Source: Vulcanimicrobiota bacterium (GTDB lineage: Bacteria > Vulcanimicrobiota > Vulcanimicrobiia > Vulcanimicrobiales > Vulcanimicrobiaceae). From it: a stretch of 64,000 bases of DNA. The stretch lies in assembly GCA_963777315.1 (NCBI GenBank), contig CAVZQC010000004.1, forward strand, positions 736,001-800,000. The letters run 5' to 3'. The notes beneath the pieces are model-generated. The model was not told the origin of the DNA, did no database searches, and was given only the letters and a program-made list of their open reading frames with translations. Shown piece after piece: positions 30,977-41,270 of the stretch (position 1 is the stretch's first letter; every line of letters starts with the position of its first letter). A program made the position numbers and the translations under genes.

Positions 30977-31694
30977 ATGCCCTCGTGTTCTGCTGCCGTC
31001 GTCCAGCCGTCGTACATCCCGTGGCGCGGTTACTTCGATCTCATCCGGCGCAGCGACGTGTTCGTATTTTACGACGACGTCCAATACGACAAACACGGCT
31101 GGCGCAACCGCAACCGCATAAAGACAGCCCAAGGGCTGCGCTGGCTAACGGTCCCGGTTCATGCTAAAGGCAACACGCTGGGCGGTACGCCGATCAACCG
31201 TATTCGCGTCGACCATACGCGCGACTGGAAGCGCGCGCATGCAGAGCAGCTTCGCCATTCGTACGCGCGAGCGCCGTTTTACGAGCGATATCGCGAGCTG
31301 ACTGCGGAACTCTACGCGAGCGCTTGCGAACTGCTGGCGGACTTCACCATCGCCACGACGATTCGGCTGGCCCGCCACCTGGGAATCGAGCATACTCGCT
31401 TTCTGCGTTCGTCGGAATTCGCCGCGTCGGGCGCCAAGACGGACCGTCTGATCGATCTGTTGCAGCAAATCGGGGCAACGCACTACATCAGCGGGCCGTC
31501 GGCGCGGGCCTACATCGAAACCGACAAGTTCGCGCGCGCCGGCATTTCATTGGAGTACGCCGCGTACGACTACGCCCCGTACGAGCAGTCTGTATCCGCC
31601 GTACGAAGCCGGCGTTTCCATCCTCGATACGATTTTCACGCTGGGTCCGCGAGCGCAATCCTGTTTCGAGCCGGCACGTGCGCCCGCCGGCTGA
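30977..31694 (+). CDS. WbqC-family protein, apparent +1 frameshift at about 31589
   Basis: QPSYIPWRGYFD, DDVQY..GWRNRNRIK, YISGPSA; removing T31589 restores EQLYPPYEAGVSILDTIFTLGP, the expected C-terminus. Confidence 0.88.
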
Positions 31695-31719
31695 TAACGC
31701 GGCGCGCACATCGCTGCGC

Positions 31720-32850
31720 GTGCCGTTCAACAAACCGTACGTAACGGGCCGCGAGATGCAGTACCTGCAGGAAGCCATCGACAACGCGCATCTTTCCGGC
31801 GACGGCCCGTTCACCGAGCGAATCCATCGCCGGCTGGTCGAGCGCATCGGCTCTGAGTCGGCTCTGCTGACGCATTCGTGCACGGCCGCGCTGGAGATGT
31901 GCGCGCTGCTGCTCGACATCCGGCCCGGCGACGAGGTCATCATGCCTTCCTACACGTTCGTGTCGACTGCGAACGCATTCGTATTGCGAGGCGGCGTGCC
32001 GGTGTTCGTGGACATCCGGCCCGATACGATGAACGTCGACGAAACGCTCGTCGAGGCCGCCGTTACGCCCAGAACTCGCGCAATCGTGGCCGTCCACTAT
32101 GCGGGCGTTGCCTGCGAAATGGACGCACTCGCGGACGTTTGCGCGCGACGCGGGCTGAGCCTGATTGAGGACGCCGCGCAGGCGCTGGGCGCGAGCTACC
32201 ACGGTCGTCCACTGGGTTCGTTTGGGCGCCTGGCTGCGCTCAGCTTCCACGAGACCAAGAACGTGATATCGGGCGAGGGGGGCGCGCTGCTCGTGAACGA
32301 TCCCGCATTGTCGCAGCGAGCGGAAGTCATCCGCGAGAAAGGCACGAACCGTTCCAACTTCCTGCGCGGTTCGGTCGACAAATACCGCTGGGTCGACGTC
32401 GGGTCTTCCTATCTGCCCAGCGAAATCACCGCAGCGTTCTTGTGGGCGCAGCTCGAAGCCGCGGATGAATTGCTCGAGCGCCGGCTCTCCCTGTGGAACG
32501 CATACGACCGCCGGATGTGCGCGCTCGAAGACGCCGGCAAACTGCGCCGTCCCACGATACCGCAGAGCGCCACGCACAACGCGCATCTGTATTACGTGCT
32601 GGTGAACGACGCGCAAACGCGCACGCGCGTGCTCGAACGCCTCAAAGCCCAGGGCATCGGCGGGCTGTTTCACTACGTTCCGCTTCATTCCGCTCCGGCG
32701 GGCCGGCGGTTTGGACGCGCGCACGGTTCGCTGGCTCAGACCGACGAACTGAGCGCGCGGCTCGTGCGGCTGCCGATGTATTACGGCATGGAACAGGCGC
32801 ATATCGACGGCGTCTGCGCCGCGCTCGAATCTGCGCTCGGTGCAGCCTAA
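31720..32850 (+). CDS. rffA: dTDP-4-amino-4,6-dideoxyhexose transaminase (WecE/RffA type)
   Basis: PFNKP, SGDGPFT, SCTAALEM, EDAAQ, SFHETKN, IREKGTNR, GSSYLPSE, FHYVPLH. Confidence 0.93.
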   Translation: MPFNKPYVTGREMQYLQEAIDNAHLSGDGPFTERIHRRLVERIGSESALLTHSCTAALEMCALLLDIRPGDEVIMPSYTFVSTANAFVLRGGVPVFVDIRPDTMNVDETLVEAAVTPRTRAIVAVHYAGVACEMDALADVCARRGLSLIEDAAQALGASYHGRPLGSFGRLAALSFHETKNVISGEGGALLVNDPALSQRAEVIREKGTNRSNFLRGSVDKYRWVDVGSSYLPSEITAAFLWAQLEAADELLERRLSLWNAYDRRMCALEDAGKLRRPTIPQSATHNAHLYYVLVNDAQTRTRVLERLKAQGIGGLFHYVPLHSAPAGRRFGRAHGSLAQTDELSARLVRLPMYYGMEQAHIDGVCAALESALGAA

Positions 32851-33362
32851 TCCGCCAAGCGCGCCAATCGCCACACCGGTGCGAACGCGCCGTTCCAAAA
32901 CGCTTCTTCCTCCAGCGTAGCCTCCAGGGTAAAGCCGGCGCGCTCGAAAGCAGCGCGCGAACGCGCGTTTCGCTCGTGAACGTATGCGTAAATTTTATGC
33001 AAACCCAACGTGCCGAATCCGTACGCGCACAGGGTCCGCAGTGCACCGGTTCCGTACCCTTGCCCGGCCGCGGCCGGTGCAACGACGATGCGCGCCTCGG
33101 CGCGCCGGTGTCTCTGGCTGATGTCCCAAAGCCACACGATGCCGACGTGTTCGCGGCCGTCGAGGGCTTCGATGGCAAACCAGACCGCGCCGGGATTCTT
33201 CGTTACGTTTTCGTCAATGTACCGGTCGTGCTGTTCGGCCGTCACCGGAAGCGCGCGGTCCAGTCCGTTCATGACGGCGGGATCGTTGATCCATTCCAGC
33301 CAGCGAGCGCGATCCGCAGGCTGCAGCGGCCGAAGCCGCAGCCGTTCCCCCGCTTCGAACAT
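32847..33362 (-). CDS. GNAT (RimJ/RimL-like) N-acyltransferase
   Basis: LRLRPL, GQGYGTGAL, LGLHKIYA, NARSRAAFERAGF; alternative start 33413. Confidence 0.85.
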   Translation of the reverse strand: MFEAGERLRLRPLQPADRARWLEWINDPAVMNGLDRALPVTAEQHDRYIDENVTKNPGAVWFAIEALDGREHVGIVWLWDISQRHRRAEARIVVAPAAAGQGYGTGALRTLCAYGFGTLGLHKIYAYVHERNARSRAAFERAGFTLEATLEEEAFWNGAFAPVWRLARLAD

Positions 33363-33393
33363 GCCGCCGCGTTTCGACGGCCCGCGCGGGCGC

Positions 33394-33421
33394 TCATGCC
33401 CCCGATTTGCCATGCCGATGA
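33394..33421 (+). promoter_or_regulatory. Candidate sigma28-type promoter (TCAT-N16-GCCGATGA)
   Basis: Motif spacing; followed by AGGAG SD and ATG 33447. Confidence 0.4.
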
Positions 33422-33446
33422 ACTGTAGGAGCCTTAGGAGATTGCC

Positions 33447-34271
33447 ATGATCACGACCAAAACGCTGCAGGCGAATATCGCGGTCCACACGACGATGGCG
33501 GATCGCTACGAAACCGACGAACCGCATTTCCGCCCCGAGAACCAGCACAAGGTCCGGCGCGTCCTGCAGACGCTCGCAGCGCGAGCCGGCGGCGGACGGC
33601 TGCTGGACGTGGGATGCGGTACGGGCTTCATCATCAATCTCGCGCACGATCTGTTCGATTCCGTCGACGGCATCGACATCACGCCCGCCATGCTGTCCAA
33701 AGTCGACGTAGGGCCGGGGAACATCGAGCTGCACACGGGCGCGGCCGAGTCGCTGCCGTTCGCAGACGGCACGTTCGACATGGCAAGCTCTTACGCGTTC
33801 ATGCACCACGTCGAAGATCACAAGCGAGTCTTGGCCGAGGTAGCGCGCGTCTTGCGCCCGGGCGGCTTGTTCTACGTCGACCTCGAGCCCAACAAACTCT
33901 TTTGGCAGTCGATGGTCGGGCTGGAGCGCGAAGGCGGCGCGTACTCCGATATCCTCACGCGCGAAATAGACTCCGTACTGCATACCGACGAATCGGTCGA
34001 AAGCGAGTTCGGAATCGCGGGGCAGACGTTCAAAGACGCGGAGCCGATAAAATCGGTCCTGGGCGGTTTCGATCCGTACGAGTTCGAGCGCGACGCGCTC
34101 GCCGCCGGTTTTTCGTCGTGCGAAACGACGTTGGACTGGTTCGCCGGACAGGGCGCCGTTCTGCACGGCCAATCGGAAGAGGCAATGAACGCGGTGGACG
34201 CGTACTTGCGCCGCGTGCTGCCGCTGTCGGCGCACCTGTACAAATACATCCGGTTCGTATGCGTGCGATGA
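33447..34271 (+). CDS. Class I SAM-dependent methyltransferase
   Basis: LLDVGCGTG, AESLPFADGTFD, RVLRPGG; AGGAG RBS. Confidence 0.9.
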   Translation: MITTKTLQANIAVHTTMADRYETDEPHFRPENQHKVRRVLQTLAARAGGGRLLDVGCGTGFIINLAHDLFDSVDGIDITPAMLSKVDVGPGNIELHTGAAESLPFADGTFDMASSYAFMHHVEDHKRVLAEVARVLRPGGLFYVDLEPNKLFWQSMVGLEREGGAYSDILTREIDSVLHTDESVESEFGIAGQTFKDAEPIKSVLGGFDPYEFERDALAAGFSSCETTLDWFAGQGAVLHGQSEEAMNAVDAYLRRVLPLSAHLYKYIRFVCVR

Positions 34272-35053
34272 TTGCGCGCAGCGAATCGCCCGCTGCCGGC
34301 CTGAGCGAGATCGCCTCACGCGGCTACACCATCGTCAGCAGCGTGGTCGCGCAGAGCGAGGTGGGCGCGCTCAAAGACGCGTTGGCAACGGCGATCGCGC
34401 AGGATCTCGACGCTTGGAGCGGGCGCGACTACGTGAACGCTCACATGGTGATGAATCTGATGACGCGCGGCACGCCGTTCGCTGCGCTGCTGGAAAACGA
34501 CGCAATTCACGCGCTGCTCACCCCGCTGCTGGGCGATACGTGCATCCTGTACGCGTACACGTCTTCCAGCATGCCGCCCGGCGGCACGAACTATTCGCGC
34601 CGGATCCACGTGGATTGTCCGCGCGTCATCCCAGGCTACGTCACGAACGTCGGCGTGACGCTGGCACTGGACGACTTTACCGACCAGAACGGCGCGATGT
34701 GCCTGCTGCCGGGTTCCTTCACGCGGGAAGTCGAGCCCAGCGAAGACGAATTCGAGAGCCGCTGCGAGCGCGCGTATCCACGCGCGGGCGACGCCATCGT
34801 GTTCAACGCGCGCACGTGGCATCGCGGAGGGATAAACCGCACCGATCGCTACCGGCACGCCGTTACGATGAACGCATGCCGTTCCTACATGCGCCAGCAG
34901 TTCGATTATCCGCGCCTGGTCGGGCCCGACGTTACGAATTCGCTCGGCGATCTGGGGCGGCGGTTTTTGGGATTCAACGTTCGCATGCCGGCGACGCTCG
35001 ACGAATACTATCGGCCGCCCGAGCTGCGCCTCTATAGGACGAACCAGGGCTAG
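34268..35053 (+). CDS. Phytanoyl-CoA dioxygenase (PhyH) family Fe(II)/2-oxoglutarate oxygenase
   Basis: HVD, ALDDFTDQNGAM..LPGS, WHRGG.N. Confidence 0.88.
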   Translation: MIARSESPAAGLSEIASRGYTIVSSVVAQSEVGALKDALATAIAQDLDAWSGRDYVNAHMVMNLMTRGTPFAALLENDAIHALLTPLLGDTCILYAYTSSSMPPGGTNYSRRIHVDCPRVIPGYVTNVGVTLALDDFTDQNGAMCLLPGSFTREVEPSEDEFESRCERAYPRAGDAIVFNARTWHRGGINRTDRYRHAVTMNACRSYMRQQFDYPRLVGPDVTNSLGDLGRRFLGFNVRMPATLDEYYRPPELRLYRTNQG

Positions 35054-36804
35054 TGATCGCCGCAGACAGAGCATCGCCGATCGCGTGCTTCGGCACGGCG
35101 GCGACCACCGCATGGGCGCAGCGCCTTCCCGCTGACGTTTCCATGGTAGTGGCGGACCCCGGCGGTTTTGCCGGCGCCCTGGTGGATCTCATCGCGCGAG
35201 GCCTGGCCGGCACGTCGCGCGACGCGGCGATTCTGCCCGCCAATCCGCGAGCGCTCGTACTCGAGTCGGTGTTCGAGTCACTGCTCGGACAAGCGCAATC
35301 TCACGATGCCGTTTTCCGGGCCATGGATGCTTTGGCGATGGGCAAGCTCACGATAAACGGCGAAACGCAAGCTCAGCTCGAATACCGTTTTCTCGCGCCG
35401 GAGGCGGCTGCAACCTTCGCAGACCTCGCAATAACCGCCGACCGCACATTTTTTCGTTCGTTTCACGAATTGGAACGAGCGGTTGCGCAGTACGGATACC
35501 GTCCCCCGCGAGCGCGCATCGTAACGCCGGTCGATCCGCGCGTGCCGCTGCCCCGCACCGGCGCCGGCGACGCCGATACGCGACGCGACTGCATTGCGGT
35601 GTGGGCCGTCGGCAGCACGCCGGCGATGCTGGGCGCCTTCGAAGCTGCGTGCTTCGATCTGCGTACGCAGCTCACCGTCATCGGCGACACGCCGCGACAT
35701 TGTGCGGCGGTGCATCCGGAAGGCTCCCACGCGGTTCTCGAATCGGCCAGCGCGATCGTCGCGCTCGCCGACGATCCGGGCACGGTTTACGCCCTCTCGA
35801 AGTTTGCCAAACCGCTGTGCGCGCCGGTGTGCGGCGCTGCCGAAATCATCGAAAACCTGTACGAATTTGCGCCGTGGAATCGAGTCGAAACCGTCAACGC
35901 GATCCTGCAGGCGCTCAGGGGCTTGGCCTCCGCGCCGCTGCCGGCTCACGGCCGGCTGAGGTTCCCCACTGCGCCGGCGATCGAAGTCGCTTCCAGCGCG
36001 CCGCTGGTCACGATCGTCATGCCGACCTATTCGCGTCCCGCGACGCTGGCTGCGGGATTGCAGCGTCTGGCGCAGCAGACGTATCCGAACATCGAGATCG
36101 TCGTGGTGAACAATGCCGGCACGCCCGTCGGCGACGTCGTTGCGAACGTCCCCAATGCGCGCCTCATCGATCGCGCGGAAAACACCGGCAATGCCACGCG
36201 CCCTCGCAACGACGGCATCGCATCGGCTCGCGGGAAGTACATCGCGCTGCTCGACGACGACGACGTATTCTTTCCCCAGCACGTCGAGCGCATGGTGCAC
36301 GCCCTCGAAGCGTCGCGCCGCGATGCGGCCTATTCGGATTTTCTGGTGCGCTTCGTCGATCGCGCCGGCGACGGCGGCGAGCGCGTTTGGGGATGGGACC
36401 TGCAAAAGCCCTTCGGCATAACGTCGTACGAACTGCTCGTGGCCAATCGTCTGGGATACCTGACGGTCTTTATGCGGCGCTCGCTCATCGAACGCATCGG
36501 CCACTTCGCCGAGGAAGTGCTGGGCGGCGAAGAGGTCGAGTACTGGCTGCGCATTGCGGCGCACGTCGATTTCGTTCACGTCGCCCAGCCGACCACCGCT
36601 TACACGGTCGTGCGCGACTGGCGCGGACAGCTCAGCGAGAAAAGCCACGCGCTGTATGCAGGCGGGTACGAAAAGGTATACGAGCGCTATCCGGCGGCCG
36701 GTTTGCCGTTGGTGCAGCAATCGCGCGCTGCATACGTGGCTTCCCTTCGCAGCACCGTTGCGCCGCCTGCGATGGAGCCGCGGTATAGGATCGCCGCAGG
36801 ATGA
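35053..36804 (+). CDS. GT2 glycosyltransferase with uncharacterised N-terminal region
   Basis: VTIVMPTY, QTYPNIEIVVVN, RNDGIASARGKYIALLDDDD. Confidence 0.87.
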   Translation: MIAADRASPIACFGTAATTAWAQRLPADVSMVVADPGGFAGALVDLIARGLAGTSRDAAILPANPRALVLESVFESLLGQAQSHDAVFRAMDALAMGKLTINGETQAQLEYRFLAPEAAATFADLAITADRTFFRSFHELERAVAQYGYRPPRARIVTPVDPRVPLPRTGAGDADTRRDCIAVWAVGSTPAMLGAFEAACFDLRTQLTVIGDTPRHCAAVHPEGSHAVLESASAIVALADDPGTVYALSKFAKPLCAPVCGAAEIIENLYEFAPWNRVETVNAILQALRGLASAPLPAHGRLRFPTAPAIEVASSAPLVTIVMPTYSRPATLAAGLQRLAQQTYPNIEIVVVNNAGTPVGDVVANVPNARLIDRAENTGNATRPRNDGIASARGKYIALLDDDDVFFPQHVERMVHALEASRRDAAYSDFLVRFVDRAGDGGERVWGWDLQKPFGITSYELLVANRLGYLTVFMRRSLIERIGHFAEEVLGGEEVEYWLRIAAHVDFVHVAQPTTAYTVVRDWRGQLSEKSHALYAGGYEKVYERYPAAGLPLVQQSRAAYVASLRSTVAPPAMEPRYRIAAG

Positions 36805-38549
36805 CGCTGCTTTTGCACTGGAACGAGCGCGAATATGCCGAGGAGACCGCTTCGATCCGGTCTTTGCCGCAAGCCCAGTCCACGCTTGTCGTCGCGACGG
36901 ATTTTTCGCAGCCCTCGCTGACCGTTTCGGCGATCGTCGAAGCTCGCCGGCGCGGAGCAACCGTCGCGCTCTATCCGATAATGGCGGATCCGCTGCAGGG
37001 CGTGCTCGAGCAGGTCGGCGCTGCTATAGCGCGGCAGCCCGACGAAGGTCAGCGCTTCATTCAGCTCCTGGCGCTGCGCGACGGGCGACTGAACGTCAAT
37101 CAGAAACCGCTGCACGAAGCCGCGCAGTTTGCACCCGACGTGCTCGCCGCGGCGGTTTTATGCGTGAAGTTGTGCGACGTGCTGCTCTGCTTTACCGCCG
37201 CAGAGAAAGATCGCTGGAGCGCGCTGATCGGACGCCCCGTTCGCAGGTTTGCGTATTTGCCGGCGCCGCGGCTGCACCGCGCACCGGACCGGGGCGGTCT
37301 TGCCGTGTACGCTCCCGGAATGGCCGACGCGCAACTCGCGCTGATCGCGCTTGCGCTGCAGGAACGTCGCCTCAGCGCCGAGTTCGTCAACCAACCGCAG
37401 GCGCAGATCCCGGGTAGTGCGGTGATCGTGCCGCAGTGGTGGCGGCCCGGCCGGATTCTTTCGCTTGCCGCTGCCGGTTATGCCGTCATTTCGCCCGCGC
37501 TTGGAGCAGCCGATGCTCGCTGCGGATGCGCCACATATCGTCCGGAAGACGTCTTTTCGTTCGGAGCCGCCGTGGACGCGGCCCAATCGACCGCGGTCGG
37601 ATTGCGCTTCGACGTCGACGCACGCTCGTGTGCCGGCGATATCGAGGCCGCCGCAGTACCGGACGTGCGAGGGCCGCGCGTTTCCGTCATCGTGCGCACC
37701 TACGACCGGCCGGCACTGCTGGCGCGGGCGCTGGCCAGCATAGCAGCACAAACGTATCACGACATCGAGATAGTCGTCGTCAACAACGGCGGCCCCGGCG
37801 TCGAAGCAATCGTGCGCAAGAGCTGCGGCGCGCGCGCGTACCGCTACGTTACTCTGGCCGTGCGCGCGCACATCAGCGCAGCCTCCAACGCCGGCGCGCG
37901 TGAGGCTAGCGGAACGTACGTGGGCTACCTGGACGACGACGACGTATTGTACCCCGACCATTTTGCGCGCGCCGTCGAAGCGCTCGAGCATTCCCGCGCA
38001 GATCTGGCTTACACCAACTGCATCGCCGAGTATGCGCGCGTCGAGGGCGAATCCAAACACATCTTAGGGTTTCAGATATTCCGCGACAACGAATTCTGCG
38101 CCAAAGACCTGTACTTGGACAACGTGGCTCCAATCCACAGCATCGTTCACCGGCGCGACGTCTTCGAGCGGTTCGGGTACTTCGACGAGTCGCTCCCGGT
38201 GACCGACGACTGGGAAATGTGGCTGCGCGCCTCGCGCGGTTCGCGGTTTTTACACGTCGATCGCGTGACCTGCGAATATTCCTGGCGCTTCGATCCGGCG
38301 CGGGGAAACATGACGCTGACGCACCAGCGTCAATTCGCCGAATCGTACGAAGCAATTACTTCGCGGTACGGCTGCGACGTTGCCGCCATTCCGAGCATTG
38401 CAGCGCAGCAGCTGCAGGTCAAAGCGGCGCAAAAGCAGCGCGCCGACCAGCTCGCGCAGCTCGGACCGCGCATGGCCGAGCTGACCGTCAGCGCGATGGC
38501 GCAAAACGCGGTTGCGGCGCAGCCCGTGCCGTTCGATCCTTTTGCATGA
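36801..38549 (+). CDS. GT2 glycosyltransferase with uncharacterised N-terminal region
   Basis: VSVIVRTYDR, QTYHDIEIVVVN, YLDDDD, FDESLPVTDDWEMWLR. Confidence 0.87.
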   Translation: MTLLLHWNEREYAEETASIRSLPQAQSTLVVATDFSQPSLTVSAIVEARRRGATVALYPIMADPLQGVLEQVGAAIARQPDEGQRFIQLLALRDGRLNVNQKPLHEAAQFAPDVLAAAVLCVKLCDVLLCFTAAEKDRWSALIGRPVRRFAYLPAPRLHRAPDRGGLAVYAPGMADAQLALIALALQERRLSAEFVNQPQAQIPGSAVIVPQWWRPGRILSLAAAGYAVISPALGAADARCGCATYRPEDVFSFGAAVDAAQSTAVGLRFDVDARSCAGDIEAAAVPDVRGPRVSVIVRTYDRPALLARALASIAAQTYHDIEIVVVNNGGPGVEAIVRKSCGARAYRYVTLAVRAHISAASNAGAREASGTYVGYLDDDDVLYPDHFARAVEALEHSRADLAYTNCIAEYARVEGESKHILGFQIFRDNEFCAKDLYLDNVAPIHSIVHRRDVFERFGYFDESLPVTDDWEMWLRASRGSRFLHVDRVTCEYSWRFDPARGNMTLTHQRQFAESYEAITSRYGCDVAAIPSIAAQQLQVKAAQKQRADQLAQLGPRMAELTVSAMAQNAVAAQPVPFDPFA

Positions 38550-38579
38550 CTTTTCGGCTGCGCTGCAAAATTCGCCGGA

Positions 38580-39506
38580 ATGTCGAAGTATTACCGGTAC
38601 TTCGCCCTTGAACGGGATCCGTTCTTAGACACGGCCGACCCGTATTTTTACTGCGAACTCGGCTCGCTGCGAGCGGCGAAGGCCCGGCTGGCAGGCTGCG
38701 TGCAGGAATCGCGCGGACTGACGATCGTTTTGGGCGAACCCGGAACCGGCAAAACCAGTCTTTGCACTGCGCTGGAACAGGATCTGCTCGCGGACGATCG
38801 CGTCGTACTGGGCAAAATCCTGGATCCCACGTTTGCAACCGAAGTCGAATTTCTCATGGCGATCGGCCGGGTATTCGGTTTGGCGCTCCCGCCGCGATCC
38901 GGCGCGGCGCTCAAGAACGCGCTCAAAAATTTCTTCTTCGAGACGGCGGTGCTGGAGGAGCGCATCCTCGTGCTCATCATCGATGAAGCGCAAAACCTCA
39001 CCGACGAAGGCTTGGAAACGCTGCGCCTGCTGCTCAACTATCAAGTACCGCAAAAGAAACTACTCAATATCCTGCTGTTCGGTCAGAGCGAGCTGGAACG
39101 CCGCGTGCATGCGCGCAACAACCTGGCCGACCGCGTCGACACGTGGATTCGCCTGCAGCCGCTGGACGAAGCTACGGCAGGCGCGGTTCTGGATTTTCGG
39201 CTCGGCCGCGCCGGTTTGAATCCGGACCAGCAGATCTTCACGCCCGAGGCGCGCTCGCTGCTGGTACGCGCCTGCAGCGGGCTTCCAAGGCGCCTGACCG
39301 TGCTCGGACACCTTTCCATGAACGAAGCCGCCGATCGCGCCAGCACGTTGGTGCGCGACGATCACGTTCGCGCAGCGCTGGCCGCGCGAGGCATTTCGGA
39401 ACCCGCGCCGGTTGCGGCGCAGGCGGGCCCCGAACCCGTCAACGGACACCGTCCGAACGTCTTGCGCCGCATCTTTTCGCGGCGCAAACCCGCGCAGCTG
39501 CCGTGA
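38580..39506 (+). CDS. ExeA/GspA-like AAA ATPase
   Basis: YFAL..DPF...DP.FY, GEPGTGKT, IIDEAQNL, LLFGQSEL, SGLPRRL. Confidence 0.85.
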   Translation: MSKYYRYFALERDPFLDTADPYFYCELGSLRAAKARLAGCVQESRGLTIVLGEPGTGKTSLCTALEQDLLADDRVVLGKILDPTFATEVEFLMAIGRVFGLALPPRSGAALKNALKNFFFETAVLEERILVLIIDEAQNLTDEGLETLRLLLNYQVPQKKLLNILLFGQSELERRVHARNNLADRVDTWIRLQPLDEATAGAVLDFRLGRAGLNPDQQIFTPEARSLLVRACSGLPRRLTVLGHLSMNEAADRASTLVRDDHVRAALAARGISEPAPVAAQAGPEPVNGHRPNVLRRIFSRRKPAQLP

Positions 39507-40884
39507 AGCGCGATCCCGATTTCGATGCGAGCGCCGATATGCGCCTGGTGGAACTGCATCGAGCCGCCCTCGGCGTCCCCGCGCCCAAACGCTCGGCATG
39601 GGAATCCCACAACGCCTTTGAAGGGGCCGCTATTCAACCCGTAGAGCCACCGCATCTGGAGAGCGCCGTCATCGTCGTGGAGGCCACGGCGACGCCCAAG
39701 GACGGCGTTATTCCGGGTGCCGTCGTCACCGTTGCGCTCAGTTTGGCCAACGAAGGCGTCGCCGAAGGACGCGATGTCCGCGTCATCGTGCCACTTCCCG
39801 GCGGAGCCGCGTACCGCAACGGCTCATTCGTTCGCGACGGTCGTCCCCAATTGGACGATGCGGCCGACGAGCTCTTCGAAAGCGGCAGCACGATCGCGTC
39901 GTTGCCGGCCAAATCACGCACGACGTTCGTATGGAAGATCGGCGTTCGTCTGGGCGCCAAGCCGCTGGTAATCGCTCCGGCGGTTAGCGCTCGAGATACG
40001 GCGATCGTCGGCGCGCAACCACTGATCGTCTCGCGCAAACCGGGCGCGCAAGCGGGCTTTGCCGCGCAAGTGCAGCAGAACGATCTGCCCATCTACGAGC
40101 TGGACGAGGAGGAAACGCTAGAGCACGTCGCCGCGCAGGCGGCGCTTTCGGCGGTTGCCGCGCCCGTTGAAGAGGCGCCGCAGGCCGAATCGCCGCTCGA
40201 AATATCCGCCCCCGCGCCCATTGCCGAACGCGAGGCCGTCGTCCTGTACGGACGGTTGGATCGGCCCTCGGTCGCCTATTTCGAGCAGGTGTTTCGTGAA
40301 TCCAAAAATCCCACGCTGCTCAATCATTGTATTTTGGCAGGCGCGCTTGCGTGTACTCGAGACGCCGCCGGCGCCGACGTTGCAGGGCTGGCGTCGCACA
40401 TGGAGGCGCAGGCGCAGACTCCTTCAACGCATCGTGCTGCACGAAAAAATCGGAAAGAAAGAGCCCATCGCCGACTATGCCGGCAGAATGCTCGCGCGGG
40501 TCGATCAATTTGTCCCCGCCCCCGTTGCGCAGCTGTCGGCCCGCGGACGATCCTAACGTGCTGGTGCTGCAGGCCGAGCTGGAACCGCCGACGCTGTCGC
40601 TGCTGCGGCAAATGCAAGAAGACGCCGCACGCTGGGATTTCGCCAAAGCGCGTCAGCTCACGCTGGCTCTGCAAGGACGCCGCGTCGGCGCCGGCGTATC
40701 GGCGGATCGCGTTGCGGCCGCCGACGCGGCTTTACGCGTCTATTCGCAGGCCGCGTCCACGCAGCTGCAGCGTTTCTTCGTTCGCATGCGCATCGATCGA
40801 ACGACCGGTTTGCTTTTCGTGCGGGACGAAACGCTCGATTCGGCCGCGCGGGTCCTCGTCAACGCGCTGGTCGAGCTCTTTTAA
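39503..40884 (+). CDS. Hypothetical protein with DUF11-like Ig domain, two apparent +1 frameshifts (about 40418 and 40536)
   Basis: GTG overlaps the ExeA stop; PGAVVTVALSLANEG...VPLPGGAAYRNGS; reading frame moves MEAQAQ to LLQRIVLHEK to PADDPNVLVLQ and ends LVELF*. Confidence 0.6.
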
Positions 40885-41270
40885 GTCAGACGGTCCAGCG
40901 ACGCAAGCCGCGACGTAGCGCGCGGGCGCGCGAAGGAGCGTAAAGCCGATTTCCAGCGAGTCACGGTCTGCAGCCGCTGCCCGACGGCATCCCGGTATTG
41001 CGCCAGGCGCGCCATTTGATTGTCGCGGATGGCCCCAACGTAGCGCAGGCGGGCGAATACGTCCCGATCGAACTGCTCGCTGCGAACGCCGCGCGCATCG
41101 TCCATGGCATTGGCCAGCGCGTGCGTCACGCGCCGCGAATCGTCCATCGTGCGCTGCAAATCGCTCCATCGCCGAGTCATGAGGGCGCGCTCGGCTTGGC
41201 CGCACAGCGCTTCCAATTGAGCGAGTTCTTCTTCGACGGCGTCGAGGCGCGGGTCACCCGACCGCAGCAA
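40881..41270 (-). CDS. Putative flagellar chaperone (FliT/FlgN-like helical protein)
   Basis: Directly downstream of fliS; helical composition; assignment by position only. Confidence 0.5.
   Translation of the reverse strand: MLRSGDPRLDAVEEELAQLEALCGQAERALMTRRWSDLQRTMDDSRRVTHALANAMDDARGVRSEQFDRDVFARLRYVGAIRDNQMARLAQYRDAVGQRLQTVTRWKSALRSFARPRATSRLASLDRLT

Noticed and set aside
31690..31697. GCTGATAA as a sigma28 -10 for rffA
   Set aside because: No -35 at the proper spacing, and it coincides with the corrected wbqC stop codon.
30035..34271. The two SAM methyltransferases as the GCWGC DNA methyltransferase
   Set aside because: They are small-molecule class I type and lack PC/ENV or DPPY/SPPY motifs.
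38580..39506. ExeA-like ATPase as a TnsC/IstB transposition helper
   Set aside because: No transposase, TniQ or terminal repeats nearby; motifs fit the ExeA family.
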